From: Podarcis pityusensis
Taxonomy: Eukaryota
Assembly (NCBI GenBank): GCA_964106645.2
Contig: OZ067054.1
Direction: 5' to 3' (one strand)
DNA: 64,000 bases
The translations under genes and the position numbers were made by a program. Positions within the stretch are counted from its first letter, which is position 1. Every line of letters starts with the position of its first letter. The notes beneath the pieces were generated by a model that did no database searches, was not told the origin of the DNA, and saw only the letters and a list, made by a program, of their open reading frames with translations. Positions 1 to 11,400 of this stretch are shown here, piece by piece.

Positions 1-302
1 AGCAGTAGATTCAGGAAGGGAACAAGAAAGTACTTTTTCACACAATTTATGATTCACTTATGCAATTTGCTGCCATGAGATGTGGGGTTGGCTTAGGCTT
101 AGATACAAAAAGGCTAGACAAGTTTATGCAGACAGAATGTGCGGCTTTATCAGCAGGTATTAGTCATGATAGGTGCTTAACAACAGCTTATATCTGAACA
201 CTAGATGCTAGGGGATTAGCAAAGGGTTGGGCTGTTGCCTTCTTGCCCTGCTGGAAGCAGGATGTTAAAGCAGAAGGAACTGTGGTCTGATCCAGCAGGA
301 CT
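1..302 (+). mobile_element. Degenerate CR1-type LINE 3' end
   Basis: ttcagg...aagaaagtactttttcacacaa...ctagacaagtttatg...ggtctgatccagcagg resembles squamate CR1 ORF2 end/3'UTR. Confidence 0.5.
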
Positions 303-1216
303 GTATGCACTCTAGTCAACATCCCTTTAGAAAGACAACATCTGTGCCTTTAACAAATGTGCAGATATAGTGAATTTTGGATTGTGCGGCAGTAGCAGCA
401 CCATCGCAGAAAAAGCCAACTATAAAGTAACTTGCTTTGCCCCCAAAAGGAATATGACATTCTACTCAGATTTGTGATGGTGCAGTTTTAATAAAAACAT
501 ACTTGTCTGCCCATCACTTTTCCCTACAGCCTTCTCATGTCCCCACTTTGGGGAGCCCTGAATTATGCAATGCAAGAGTTGGTAAACAAGAGCAGGTGGT
601 TCTGGTTTTTCTGATTGTCATGCAAATTTATACAGCTCCGAAAGCAGATGCCAGGAATATTTCAGTGACTCTTGAAGGGATCACTTGTAGTTTCCCGTAT
701 GTCATTGGGATGAGATAGAGGAATTCTGTGAAGCCATAGACAGGGACTCACTTCACTCGGCCAAAAAAAAGCTTCCAGATTTGGCCCATGTGTAAGGCTT
801 AATTTGAACCAGGGCTGAGCCCAAGACACGTGCATAGTTTCAGTGCTTTATTTCAGACAGTAGAATTTGTTTCAAAATCTAGTTCTGGGTATATCATTTT
901 TCCTGGAACTCAATTTCTCTGTTGCTGCAGACAGCCTGCCTCAATGTCTTGACTGCATACTTCCAGCCTACCAGATTTTCAGACATAAAAGAATCTGATA
1001 TGCAAAATTATCTAGGTTGGAGAAAAACAGAAGTGTTACAGGGCTGAACTTAACTTGGCAGCGAAAGGACAGAGTTCTTTGTTTGAAGACTGCCAAACAG
1101 TAACATCTGACTAGCTAGCTTGAAAGCACTATTTATAGCTTCCTTTCCTGGCTTGGCGTAAGTGATGGCTATATAAACACTTTTTTTGTTTATTGTTTTG
1201 TTATTGGTTCCCTCAC

Positions 1217-1325
1217 CTCTTCCTTGTTATGTTTGCCAGCGTATTCAATTCTGTGCCAGGCTGGGGCACACGGCACAGCCAGGGCTCCATCTCCAGTTAG
1301 GATGACACCAAGGCACAATCGGAGC
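1217..1325 (-). other. Candidate internal exon of an unidentified minus-strand (divergent) transcript
   Basis: Long pyrimidine tract + ttag acceptor and GAG|gtgagg donor. One frame is open throughout, and an ATG-initiated frame reads MEPWLCRVPQPGTELNTLANITRK. Confidence 0.4.
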
Positions 1326-1707
1326 CTAAGAAGTGCTAAGATAAATAAAAAAGGAAGAAAAACAGGACATTTTAACTTTGCCCTTGCAAAATCTGAGATA
1401 TAAACAGTGCCATGCACTTCAGTGAAAAGCACATAGGGCAGAATTACTGGGTTGGCGAGCTCTCTTGTCATCAATGGTTTTGTTTCTAGACCACCTGTCA
1501 TCAGACGATTGCAAGGAAGAAAACAATACAAGAGCTTCTCAGAGCCCAGTAAGCAAGGAAAACTTGCTGGGTGCACATGTGGGGGAGGACATATAAATGG
1601 TTTCTCCGCTCCCCATTTATTTATTCATTCCCCTCCACCCCACATAAGGTTGCAATGGCGTTAAGTAAATTGAGCTCAAGTTGTGGGTTCACTGTATCAT
1701 TTTCTTA

Positions 1708-2205
1708 GGAACTACAACTAATCCAGAATGCAGCAGCTAGACTGGTGACTGGGAGCGGCCGCCGAGACCATATAACACCGGTCTTGAAAGACCTACACTG
1801 ACTCCCAGTACGTTTCCGAGCACAATTCAAAGTGTTGGTGCTGACCTTTAAAGCCCTAAACAGCCTCGGTCCAGTATACCTGAAGGAGTGTCTCCACCCC
1901 CATCGTTCAGCCCGGACACTGAGGCCCAGTGCCAAGGGCCTTCTGGCGGTTCCCTCGCTGAGAGAAGCCAAGTTACAGGGAACCAGGCAGAGGGCCTTCT
2001 CGGTAGTGGCACCTGTGGAACGCCCTCCCACCAGATGTCAAAGAGAAAAACAACTACCAGACTTTTAGAAGACATCTGAAGGCAGCCCTGTTTAGGGAAG
2101 CTTTTAATGTTTAATAGGTTATTGTTTTTTAATATTCTGTTGGAAGCCGCCCAGAGTGGCTGGGGAAACCCAGCCAGATGGGCGGGGTATAAATAAATTA
2201 TTATG
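1708..2205 (+). mobile_element. L2-clade LINE 3' fragment
   Basis: Translates LQLIQNAAARLVTG..DHITPVLKDLH*LPVRFRAQFKVLVLTFKAL (L2 ORF2 C-terminus) and ends gggcggggtataaataaattatt. Confidence 0.85.
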
Positions 2206-2211
2206 ATCATG

Positions 2212-2212
<1 letters not shown>

Positions 2213-2250
<38 letters not shown>

Positions 2251-2258
2251 ATTATTAT
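2213..2258. repeat. (GTT)n/(ATT)n microsatellite
   Basis: About 12 GTT units at the L2 tail. Confidence 0.95.
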
Positions 2259-2610
2259 CCAGACTCAGTGATTTGTCAATTTTTATTTTATCAAGAAGCC
2301 CTAGAACTTCATCTCTTGACACTTCTATTTGCCTCAATTCCTCAGACTTCCTTCTTGTGAAAGTTCAGGCCCAGGAATCTGCCCTATATGTTCTGCTGTG
2401 AAGACAGATGCAAAAAAACCCTTTAGCACACCTTTTACTCTGTTGTCATCTAAAGGTCCAACACCCCGCCCTAGCCAATCTCCTGCTACTAATGTATTTA
2501 AATGAATTTTTGTTGGTGGCATTCTTCATGTTTTTGTTTAGCAATGTGCTCCTCAAGTTCTTTTTTTAGCATCCCTTCAGGGGGTTTTAAAAGCAGATTT
2601 TCCAGCTGCA
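2259..2610 (-). mobile_element. CR1 LINE ORF2 fragment
   Basis: Minus-strand peptides GFFASVFTAE and EVSRDEVLGLLDKIKIDKS are typical of the CR1 ORF2 region before RT. Confidence 0.75.
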
Positions 2611-2793
2611 CAAATTCTCTGTCAGACATCATGTCACACATGCACACATACACACAGTGTCAAATGAGCACACAGTATGCTTTGCTTACACCTGGGGCAG
2701 TTTCTTCATAGAAGTTAGTCATTCTCACTCTCATTCTCATCTACAGCAAAACCCAACTTACAAGTGCAAGGGCCACTTCCTGAAAATTATGTA

Positions 2794-3057
2794 CAGTGGT
2801 GCCCCGCAAGACGAATGCCTCGCAAGACGAAAAACTCGCTAGACGAAAGGGTTTTTCGGTTTTTGCGTTGCTTCGCTAGACGATTTTCCCTATGGGCTTG
2901 CTTCGCAAGACGAAAACGTCTTGCGAGTTTGTTCGCTTTTTTCTTAAAGCCACTTGAAGAGGCGCAGTTGCGACGGACCGTGCTTCGCAAGACGAAAAAC
3001 ATCGCAAGACAAAAAGACTCGTGGAACGAATTAATTTCGTCTTGCGAGGCACCACTG
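2794..3057. mobile_element. Tc1/mariner (pogo/Tigger-like) MITE
   Basis: 22-bp TIR CAGTGGTGCC(C/T)CGCAAGACGAA, TA target duplication on both sides, internal cgcaagacgaaaa repeats, CpG-rich. Confidence 0.9.
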
Positions 3058-3345
3058 TATCTATCTACTACTCTGCCTCATCAAACTTGTGCTGCCAAAA
3101 TTGTATGTCTCAAGCAGTCTTCTTGGCCCTGGAAGTACTTTTCTTCATCTGAAGTACACATTCTGGCTGAACTTCTAATATTGTGGCTAAGAGAGCTTTT
3201 GAGGAAAACAGAATGAATGCAATTTAGATTGTGAACATTTAGGAGGGAGAAATAAGTCTTATATAGCATAAGTACTGTGAGTCACCTTGCTCTCTAAGTT
3301 CAGAATGAGTACAAATCTAAATAGCAACAAAAATGAAACAGAAAG

Positions 3346-3454
3346 CACGGGCATAGCCAGGATTTTTGTTGCTGGGGCAGAACCTCATATTTGTATTGAT
3401 TTGTATTGAGTTCGGGGGACAGCTGTCCCCTGCCCCCCACTGGCTACACCTCTG
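3346..3454. mobile_element. Short hAT-like non-autonomous element
   Basis: Imperfect TIR cacgggcatagccag / ctggctacacctctg; 8-bp TSD acagaaag / gcagaaag. Confidence 0.65.
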
Positions 3455-3589
3455 GCAGAAAGTGTGTAGCCTTGTGGAATCCTAGATCAACATACTACTT
3501 GATGATAGCACTGAAATGATTTTGGGAATGGTGCATCCTAAAAGGTTAATGCTGTAGCATAGAATATTGTAATGCCATATGCTTTAGGC

Positions 3590-3844
3590 CAGGGGTAGGC
3601 AAACTAAGGCCTGGGGGCCGGATCCGGCCCAATCACCTTCTCAATCCAGCCCATGGACAGTCCGGGAATCAGCGTGTTTTTACATGAGTAGTATGTGCCC
3701 TTTTATTTAAAATGCATCTTAGGGTTATTTGTGGGGCATAGGAATTCGTTCATATTTCCCCGCCAAAAAAATATAGTCCGGACCCCCTGCAAGGTCTGAG
3801 GAACAGCGGACTGGCCCCCTGCTGAAAAAGTTTGCTGACCCCTG
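3590..3844. mobile_element. hAT (Charlie-like) MITE
   Basis: TIR caggggtaggcaaact / agtttgctgacccctg; 8-bp TSD ctttaggc / ccttaggc. Confidence 0.85.
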
Positions 3845-4016
3845 CCTTAGGCAGTCCCCCCCCCCCAAGTTAGTTATCAACTGTTGTGTGAATTTTAACT
3901 GTGAGAGCAGCAAGCATGTTGTGTGCTATGCTGCTGTCTGCCTCAGAGTCAGTCAGTAAATACTGATCAGTCTCAGGTACAAATTAATGTAAATATTCTT
4001 CAGTAATGTAAGTATT

Positions 4017-4359
4017 GGGATGCGGGTGGCACTGTGGGTTAAACCACAGAGCCTAGGACTTGCCGATCAGAAGGTCGGCGGTACGAATCCCCGCGACGGG
4101 GTGAGCTCCCGTTGCTCGGTCCCTGCTCCTGCCAACCTAGCAGTTTGAAAGCACGTCAAAGTGCAAGTAGATAAATAGGTACCACTCTGGCGGGAAGGTA
4201 AACGGAGTTTCCGTGCGCTGCTCTGGTTCGCCAGAAGCGGCTTAGTCATGCCGCTTATGACCCGGAAGCTGTACGCCGGCCAATAAAGCGAGATGAGCGC
4301 CGCAACCCGAGTCAGTCCCGACTGGACCTCTAATGGTCAGGGGTCCCTTTACCTTTACC
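4017..4359 (+). mobile_element. Sauria SINE
   Basis: tRNA-like head gggatgcgggtggcactgtgg, core gcaagtagataaataggtacc, (ACCTTT)n tail; TSD gtaagtatt on both sides. Confidence 0.92.
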
Positions 4360-4516
4360 GTAAGTATTGCCTGCCTGTCTTGTACATTCAATCTGACAAG
4401 AGCAAGTACAGCAAGTAAAAGTCATATGTAATTTTTAAATTTTAAAACCAAGTGTGTTGCATTGTTTTCTTCTAGGAGGGAAAAAGAGAACTACATATTC
4501 AAAAGGCCAAATGTCC

Positions 4517-4716
4517 NNNNNNNNNNNNNNNNNNNNNNNNNNNNNNNNNNNNNNNNNNNNNNNNNNNNNNNNNNNNNNNNNNNNNNNNNNNNNNNNNNNN
4601 NNNNNNNNNNNNNNNNNNNNNNNNNNNNNNNNNNNNNNNNNNNNNNNNNNNNNNNNNNNNNNNNNNNNNNNNNNNNNNNNNNNNNNNNNNNNNNNNNNNN
4701 NNNNNNNNNNNNNNNN
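4517..4716. other. Assembly gap (200 N)
   Basis: Run of exactly 200 N, typical of a fixed-size scaffolding placeholder. Confidence 0.99.
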
Positions 4717-7601
4717 CTGCATGTTCATTTATGTAATAAAAACGTACACACTGCTTGGTTGATTGCTTCCCCCCACCCACAAAAAAGCACCTCAGAGCAG
4801 TTTACAGGAAGACAAAACATGAATGTCGGGGGGGGCGACGACCTCACAAGCCTACTTTAAAGCATGCAAAAGTTAAAATGCTAAAGCAGATTAAAATTAC
4901 CTCAGCTTTCATCTGGTAGGCTTGTCTAAACAGCAATGTTTTGGGTTGCATGACTACTGCTACTGCTACTACTGTTACCATTATCATTATATCTATATAT
5001 ACAACCCGCCTTTTTCCCTGACAGGGACTCGGCTGAGAACATAGGGAATAATAATTAAAAAGGCAATTAAACATCAATAGAATAAAAAACTACAAGTATA
5101 TACACGTTTAGTCTAAACATACAGATGAAAACAACAATCGCAGCAGCAGCCCTCATTAAAAATGGACAGTTCTCAAAAAGCTTTTTGGAATAATTTCCTT
5201 TTCACCTGCTGGCAGAAGAACAATATGGAGAAAGCCAATTTAAAAATAAAATATGTATTTTATGGTTTTCAAGAGTAGCATCATAAACAACATAAAACAA
5301 AAAGAACACATAGAGTACATACTAGGAGGGAGCCAGTCTTCACTTCTCCAGGGAGGGAGTTCCAAAGTTATCTGGGAGAAGCCACCACCAAGAAGGCCTT
5401 TGTTCAATGTAAATTGGGGAAGGTGTGCATGTTTGAGGGTATGAATTGGATTTGGGGATACAAATTAAATTTAAAAAAAATCTGTAAGATAAATGTATGG
5501 ACATGGGATGGGAATACGGTAGGTTAGAACCATGTGAAAACACCTTGCACATAGTTGTGCATTGGGTATTGAAATCCTTGAAAGCTAACCAAGTTTTAGC
5601 CTTTTCTGTTTCAACAAACCCAATACACACACCCCTCTGGAATTGCTAATACTGTAGGTATAGGTGTGTGTATCATGAGGAGAAACAGGTGTACTGGGAG
5701 AGTGAATGGCAGACTGTGATGGAAGTGCTGGAGAAGATTGTGTGACACTAGGGAGGCTGGCGAGGAGTGACTAGGATGAGGGAATGAGCTGTTGCCTGTG
5801 GTTGGGGGTGTGCAAGGAGTCTGTGAAAGATGGAGGTGGAATGTCACTTTAAGGAAGGGTGGGAAACACATGCAGCTAATAATTATACAAAAACCAAAAC
5901 CTCAGAGTCTGCTGTAGCTGGACTTCCCACTGCCCTTCACTCCACAGGCCCATCTGCTATCAACTGTTCCAGTGGAAGCAAGTCCAGTAGAGAGGAGGAT
6001 GCATGCAAGGAGCACCTCACAGCTGGCCATCCCTACCCCTCAGGGCCTTTTTACCAGTAACTGCCCTGTGGGAAGGATCCTGATTACTTTTATACATTGT
6101 TTGTTATGTTCTGGTCTTTATTCATTCAATTATAAAAATGCAGTTTAATGTTACTTTAAAGCCATCTTGACAAATTTGTATGTAAGGTGGAATATAAATA
6201 ATTGAAATAAATACATAGTTTTGTGTGTGTGATGAAAGCATTAAGAATTCTTCCACTAAAAGATTATTTATCTATGAAAGTGGATAGTTTGGTGGAGGTG
6301 AATGGTGTATGGAGGTATTTCTGGCTGTGTTGGATTAGGCTACTACAAGAGAGGCATATGTTCAAATGCCTGCTTTACCATCAAGCTAATCATGTGACCT
6401 TTGGCTAGTCGTTCTTCTGTCTGTCTGATTTACCTCATTGGGTTGTGTGCAATGTTCGAAACTTCCATTGTTCTAGGCGCATTTTGTGACAGGGAATTTC
6501 ATTAGCGTGAGTAGCTTCTGAGTTCTGGGCGCAGTACTGTACCTAAGATTTCAGATTAAAACTGCAGAGTGGAAGGAAAGGAGGACCTTTTTTGCCTTCT
6601 CACTTCCAGCTACACTCTGAAGACCGGAGAAGAGACCCTCTTAAGAATATTAGGGGGGTGGGCGGAGGAAGGACTAGACCATGTGGAAAATGGACATAAT
6701 ATTTTAGCTGCAGTTCATTGATTTTCAGCTTAGTATTCTTGTTATAAAAAAGCGCACCTAGGCATTCTGTTGTTGCTCCCATAACCTTGGTTTAAGGTGC
6801 CCTTTAGTTCCTAGCTTTCATATCTCAGTTTCTAACACTGGTTGGGTGGTTCTGGGTAAGACAAAGATGTTGTAATCTACAGACGCATGTGTAGGGAAAG
6901 AGCAAGCATATTGAGAGAATGTGAAGTAGTATTGTGATGGAAGGAACATAAAATTGGGGAGGATGTAAAATTAATATCATTGAGGGGTTTATATTTTTTG
7001 TGAGTTGCGGAGACCAGTGGCATTCAGATTCACAGTTAGTGGTCAGCCGAGGACAGATCATCTGTTCCCAGCCATTTTTCCTCTTCTGCAGATATAATTC
7101 ATTATTAATCTTTTATGTTGTGGCTTGTTGGATGAAGTACTTCAAAGCTTTATTGTCCTTTGCTTTGCCAGTCTTTTGGGGAGCCTTCTAATAAAGAACA
7201 TAATTTCTTTGCTAGATTGAACCAAAATCCTTCTAATCCAGCAGTCAGATGCTCCTGGAAGACTTGCAGGCAGGGCATATAGAGGATGGGTAACAACAGG
7301 AGGTTTTCTTCAGCACCTGTTAATCAGATGTATATTACATCTGTACACAGAGGTTCCTTTTTATTGTCATTAAAAGCATTTGGTCAGACCTATTCTCTGT
7401 GAGCATGTAAAATTACTTATAAAAGTAATCTATTGTTATTGCTGCTGCCTTCTGTAAAGCCATATTGTGCTGTGTGAAGCCGCATTACTTTTTCTTCAAT
7501 TTAGTTCGCCACCCTCATTTCTAAAGTAAGCAAGCCATTTTCAAAGCATGGGTTATGAATAAAAAGGTGGCTTCCTTCAACCACAATTTTTGGATCATAT
7601 A

Positions 7602-7783
7602 CAGTCGTACCTCAGAAGTCGAACGGAATCCATTCGACTTCCAAAACGTTTGGAAGCCGCATTGGATGTTCAGGTTCCAAAGAACATTTGCAAACTGGAA
7701 CACTCATTTCTGGGTTTGCAGTGTTTGGGAGCCAAAACGTTTAACTCACAAGGCGTTCATCAACCAAGGCCAAGGTACGACTG
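7602..7783. mobile_element. Tc1/mariner-type MITE
   Basis: TIR CAGTCGTACCT / AGGTACGACTG with TA on both sides. Confidence 0.8.
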
Positions 7784-8321
7784 TATAATGTAACCCAGAG
7801 TTCTTTGAAATGAAACAAAGTGTTAGCTGCATCCTCCTTATGTCTGCTAAAGAGAAGGAAGAGAAGAGTGTGTGAGTCTCATTCCAGCTTATGCATTTAA
7901 CACTAAACCATAGTTTAATGTTGAGTGCAAACCAGATATTGGGTCGTTGGCACCTGCTATCACTCCTTGTTCCTTTAACACCAGAGCAAAGAGTATAAGT
8001 GAGAAGTTGGCCACTTTAAGTCCATTCCTATTCATTTGTGCCATCTTGATTCTTGAGTGGGGCAGTGATATTCATGTGCAACTAGAGGTATGGCTCATCT
8101 GTGATGTAAGGTTTGCAGTTGATTTCTGTCAAGAATCAGTGACTTGTCAGGACCACAAAGACGGCACCAGATGCTTCTGCCACTGATTAAGCCCCATTAA
8201 CACCCATGTAACTCTAATGTGGCCCACTCCCCCTTTTGACCATTTGTGGTACTTTGTACATTAGATATGGCCTTGAGATCTTTAAGAGAACCTTCTTTAC
8301 TGTCTTTGATACCCCTTGCAG

Positions 8322-8419
8322 ATCAGTGGACAGCTCTCACCTCGTCTCTTCCGTAAGCTACCACCAAGAGTTTGTGTATCTCTGAAGAGCATTGTTGATG
8401 AACATTTCTTGTGTGCAGG
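8322..8419 (+). CDS. DCAF15: DCAF15 exon 2
   Basis: ttgcag|ATC...GCAGG|gtaag; [33 protein letters not shown]. Confidence 0.95.
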
Positions 8420-11400
8420 GTAAGACTATGTCCCTCATTCTGTGATGAACTGTCATTGTGCTGGCTATTCCTTAGCTACATGGGTGGTCATTCTACACAT
8501 GGACCTGATAGTCTTAATTTGGCATTTTTCTTTGCAGGCACATTTTCCTTGGCTTCTCTAAGTGTGGGAGATACGTCTTGTCCTACACCAGCAGCAGTGG
8601 TGATGATGATTTCTCCTTCTATATCTACCATCTCTATTGGTGGGAGTTCAATGTCCACAGCAAACTAAAAATGGTATGGTTCAAGCTGCATATGATGGGT
8701 ATGGAATTGAGGTCTCCCCCTTGTTGTGAGTTAGGGGAATTAGCTTGGGGAATTCGCATGGGGAATTAGCACAACTTGCCTTGTTATTGGTGGAACACTG
8801 TGGAAGGCACTTGGAAAACTTCAGGTAGTGGGAAATCAGGATTCAGGGAGAGTATTTTGCCTTGGCAGCAGGAAGTAGTATGATCTTTGGGCCATACTTG
8901 AAGTTGGATCCCATCAAATAGCTGGGTCAGGCACGCCAATTCTAGGGGGCAAGGTGTCTTCGGCTCCCTCAATATTTGTTTGAAGGGGGCCTAGTCCCTC
9001 CATGCTGCAAGGGCTGGTGCAGCCTTGCAGAAGGCTGCACAGTGTCGTGAGATGTGTGTGATGTCGCATGACACACACCTCCAATCTTTGGGGCAACTTG
9101 GTGCCTCCGAGCTGGGTGTTCACTGATTTGCAAAGCTTGTGAACTTTAGTTCTCATGTGTGATTGCGTCCTGTCTGACAGTTTGCTAGGAAGGATTAACA
9201 CATCTGTTGAAGCCAGTGTAGAATAATACATTTGCCCTTACATACTTGCAGTACTTGCTTATCACAGGTATACAGATTGCTTCTTGATACCCAAGCACCT
9301 AAAAGCTGCAATTTATCAATCTGGCTAACAGACTTTGCAGATAATTTATAGGTACAGAAACAAGTGTTAGTAATCTGTTTTTGGCAAGGGATGTAGTTTC
9401 TTTTTTGTGGGGTAGTGGATGCCATTTTTTGTGCTGATCACAAAACCTCTGTGCACTCCTGGGGCACATGTATTCTCTTATCAACCTAGACCAATTATAG
9501 TTGTGAAGATATACTTAAGAGCATAATAGCCCTGCTAAGTTAGACCAAAAGCCCATCCAGTTCAGTGTTCTGTTCTCACAGTGGCCAACCAGGTTCTGTG
9601 AGAAGCCCAGAAGCATTAATGAGTTGGGCTGACTTCATTGGCCATGCTGAGGCTGTCTCAGATGGGCTAGCTTGGACTTTATGGTTACCAGGACAATCAT
9701 GGGGTTGCATCATTTGCCCAGTACACCATTAGCCCAGCCCATGAGGCCAGATATACCCTTGACCTGGTCTTTGCCACAGAACAGATTGGTAATACTCCAT
9801 TGTGAGTTGGTTGTCATGGATGGGTTGTATCCTGGTTAGTTTTGGGTTGAATGCACCTACTTCACTCTATTAGTGGTGAGGGCATTGAGATAGTCTGTCT
9901 GTGGAGACTTATGGAATCTGAGGGATCCCTGAATTCTCTGAGGAATTTTCTGTCTGATGCTCCTGTTGCTTCAGGAGGGATGACAGTAGAGCATAGCTGG
10001 TGTAAATCTCTGAATCTGACAGAACACAAGTGAGAGTGCATTAATGCTCTCCATGTGGCAGCAAAGGCAGATAAAACTGATTACTTTGGCACCATTGCTT
10101 CTGCACGACTAGCAGAGCTTCCAGTGGTGAATAAATTTTTTGTTACCTGGCTGGTAGAGCATCTTTCTGACACCCTTGGAAGCCTGCTTTGACCATTTTA
10201 GGGATTAAATGTATTTGGACTTTGCCCCCTGCTTTCCTCCTCTCCACATACCCCTAAATCTGTTCCAGGAGTTCCCTCAACCCTCTGGAGCAGATTTGGA
10301 GATGGCATGGGGGGAGGAGAGGGGCTCAAAGTCCCAGTGCACCAGCAGAAATTCTTGTACTGCCTCCTGCTAATGCAAGGGGTTAGTTGAATCTTGCCCT
10401 AGAAATTGCATGAAAGCATGAATGTGTCTAGAAGACCCTGGTGTTGCAGTAATGTTAATTTAAGTTTATTTGGGACCATTGCCCTTATTTTCCTCATGAT
10501 TCAGGCTACTTCTGATTTTTGCTGTACATCTTTGCTCACAACACCAGTAACCTTTGAACTCATGCCCCATTCTGACACTACCTTTACTCCCCTCTCCGCA
10601 CTTTTTGTATTAAATTGTATAGATGTTTGCTTGCTTTTGTTTATTCTGATTTTGTAATCAATAAATTTGATTATGAATCAAAACATCTCCATTGGCAAAA
10701 AGTTGAGTTGAGGTGCAAAGAGAAAGGCAGTTTGGTTTCCTGGTTGGCTTTCTAAAAGGACTAAACAAAACAAAGAATAATACATTTCCCGAAGAATTCT
10801 CTTCACCCAAAGATTTGTGGGGAGGTGGGGTGAAGTGGAGGCTAAAGTCTTCTGGCGGGAAATTCCTTTCTCAGTGGAGCGATGGAAGGAAAGGATGAAG
10901 GGAGCTTATCAGCTTCAGAGGGCAGGTCTCCTTTTACAGATAAGGGTGGGAAGCCAGTATGGCTTGGGTGCCAGAGAGATGAGCTGAATAACTTTTGAGT
11001 AGATCTCACTGCCACCTTATTCACTTAGGTGACCAATGGTAAGGAGGCTGGTGACCTCCTGCAGTGATGCTAGTACTAGGGTACCACAAAGGTACTAGAG
11101 GGATCAAGCAGGCAGTGAAGAGTAGAAAGGGGGTGGGAAACAAAGCAGGTTTTCACAAAGCAAGCCAGAGTCTGATCACCTGTGGGACAACTCATAGTTT
11201 TTAGTTTGCTTAAAACCAACCAACAAACCTCATGGCTTAACATGATGTGTGGTTGGCCACTGAGAATAGATGGGCCTCCTGTTCTGCAGAGCTCTTATGT
11301 TCTTATGAAATGCACCAAATTTGGCAATGCTGGTGTTCTCCATCAATCGATGTTAAGTCTGGATTAATTATGTTTATATATGAGTATAAAATAGCGATCT

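Noticed and set aside
2119-2401. Poly-Asn and poly-Leu ORFs
   Set aside because: Translations of the (GTT)n microsatellite joined to L2/CR1 fragments.
2794-3057. CRISPR-like short repeats and the Arg/Lys-rich ORFs 2764-3216 and 2787-3002
   Set aside because: Repeats are irregularly spaced and lie inside a TIR/TA-bounded MITE in a vertebrate genome; the ORFs are by-products.
4435-4860. ORFs spanning the X-run
   Set aside because: Artefacts of translating the N gap.
8442-8508. C/D-box snoRNA (GTGATGA...CTGA) in DCAF15 intron 2
   Set aside because: No terminal stem directly flanks the boxes, box D is only about 29 nt from the acceptor, and I recognise no rRNA/snRNA guide.
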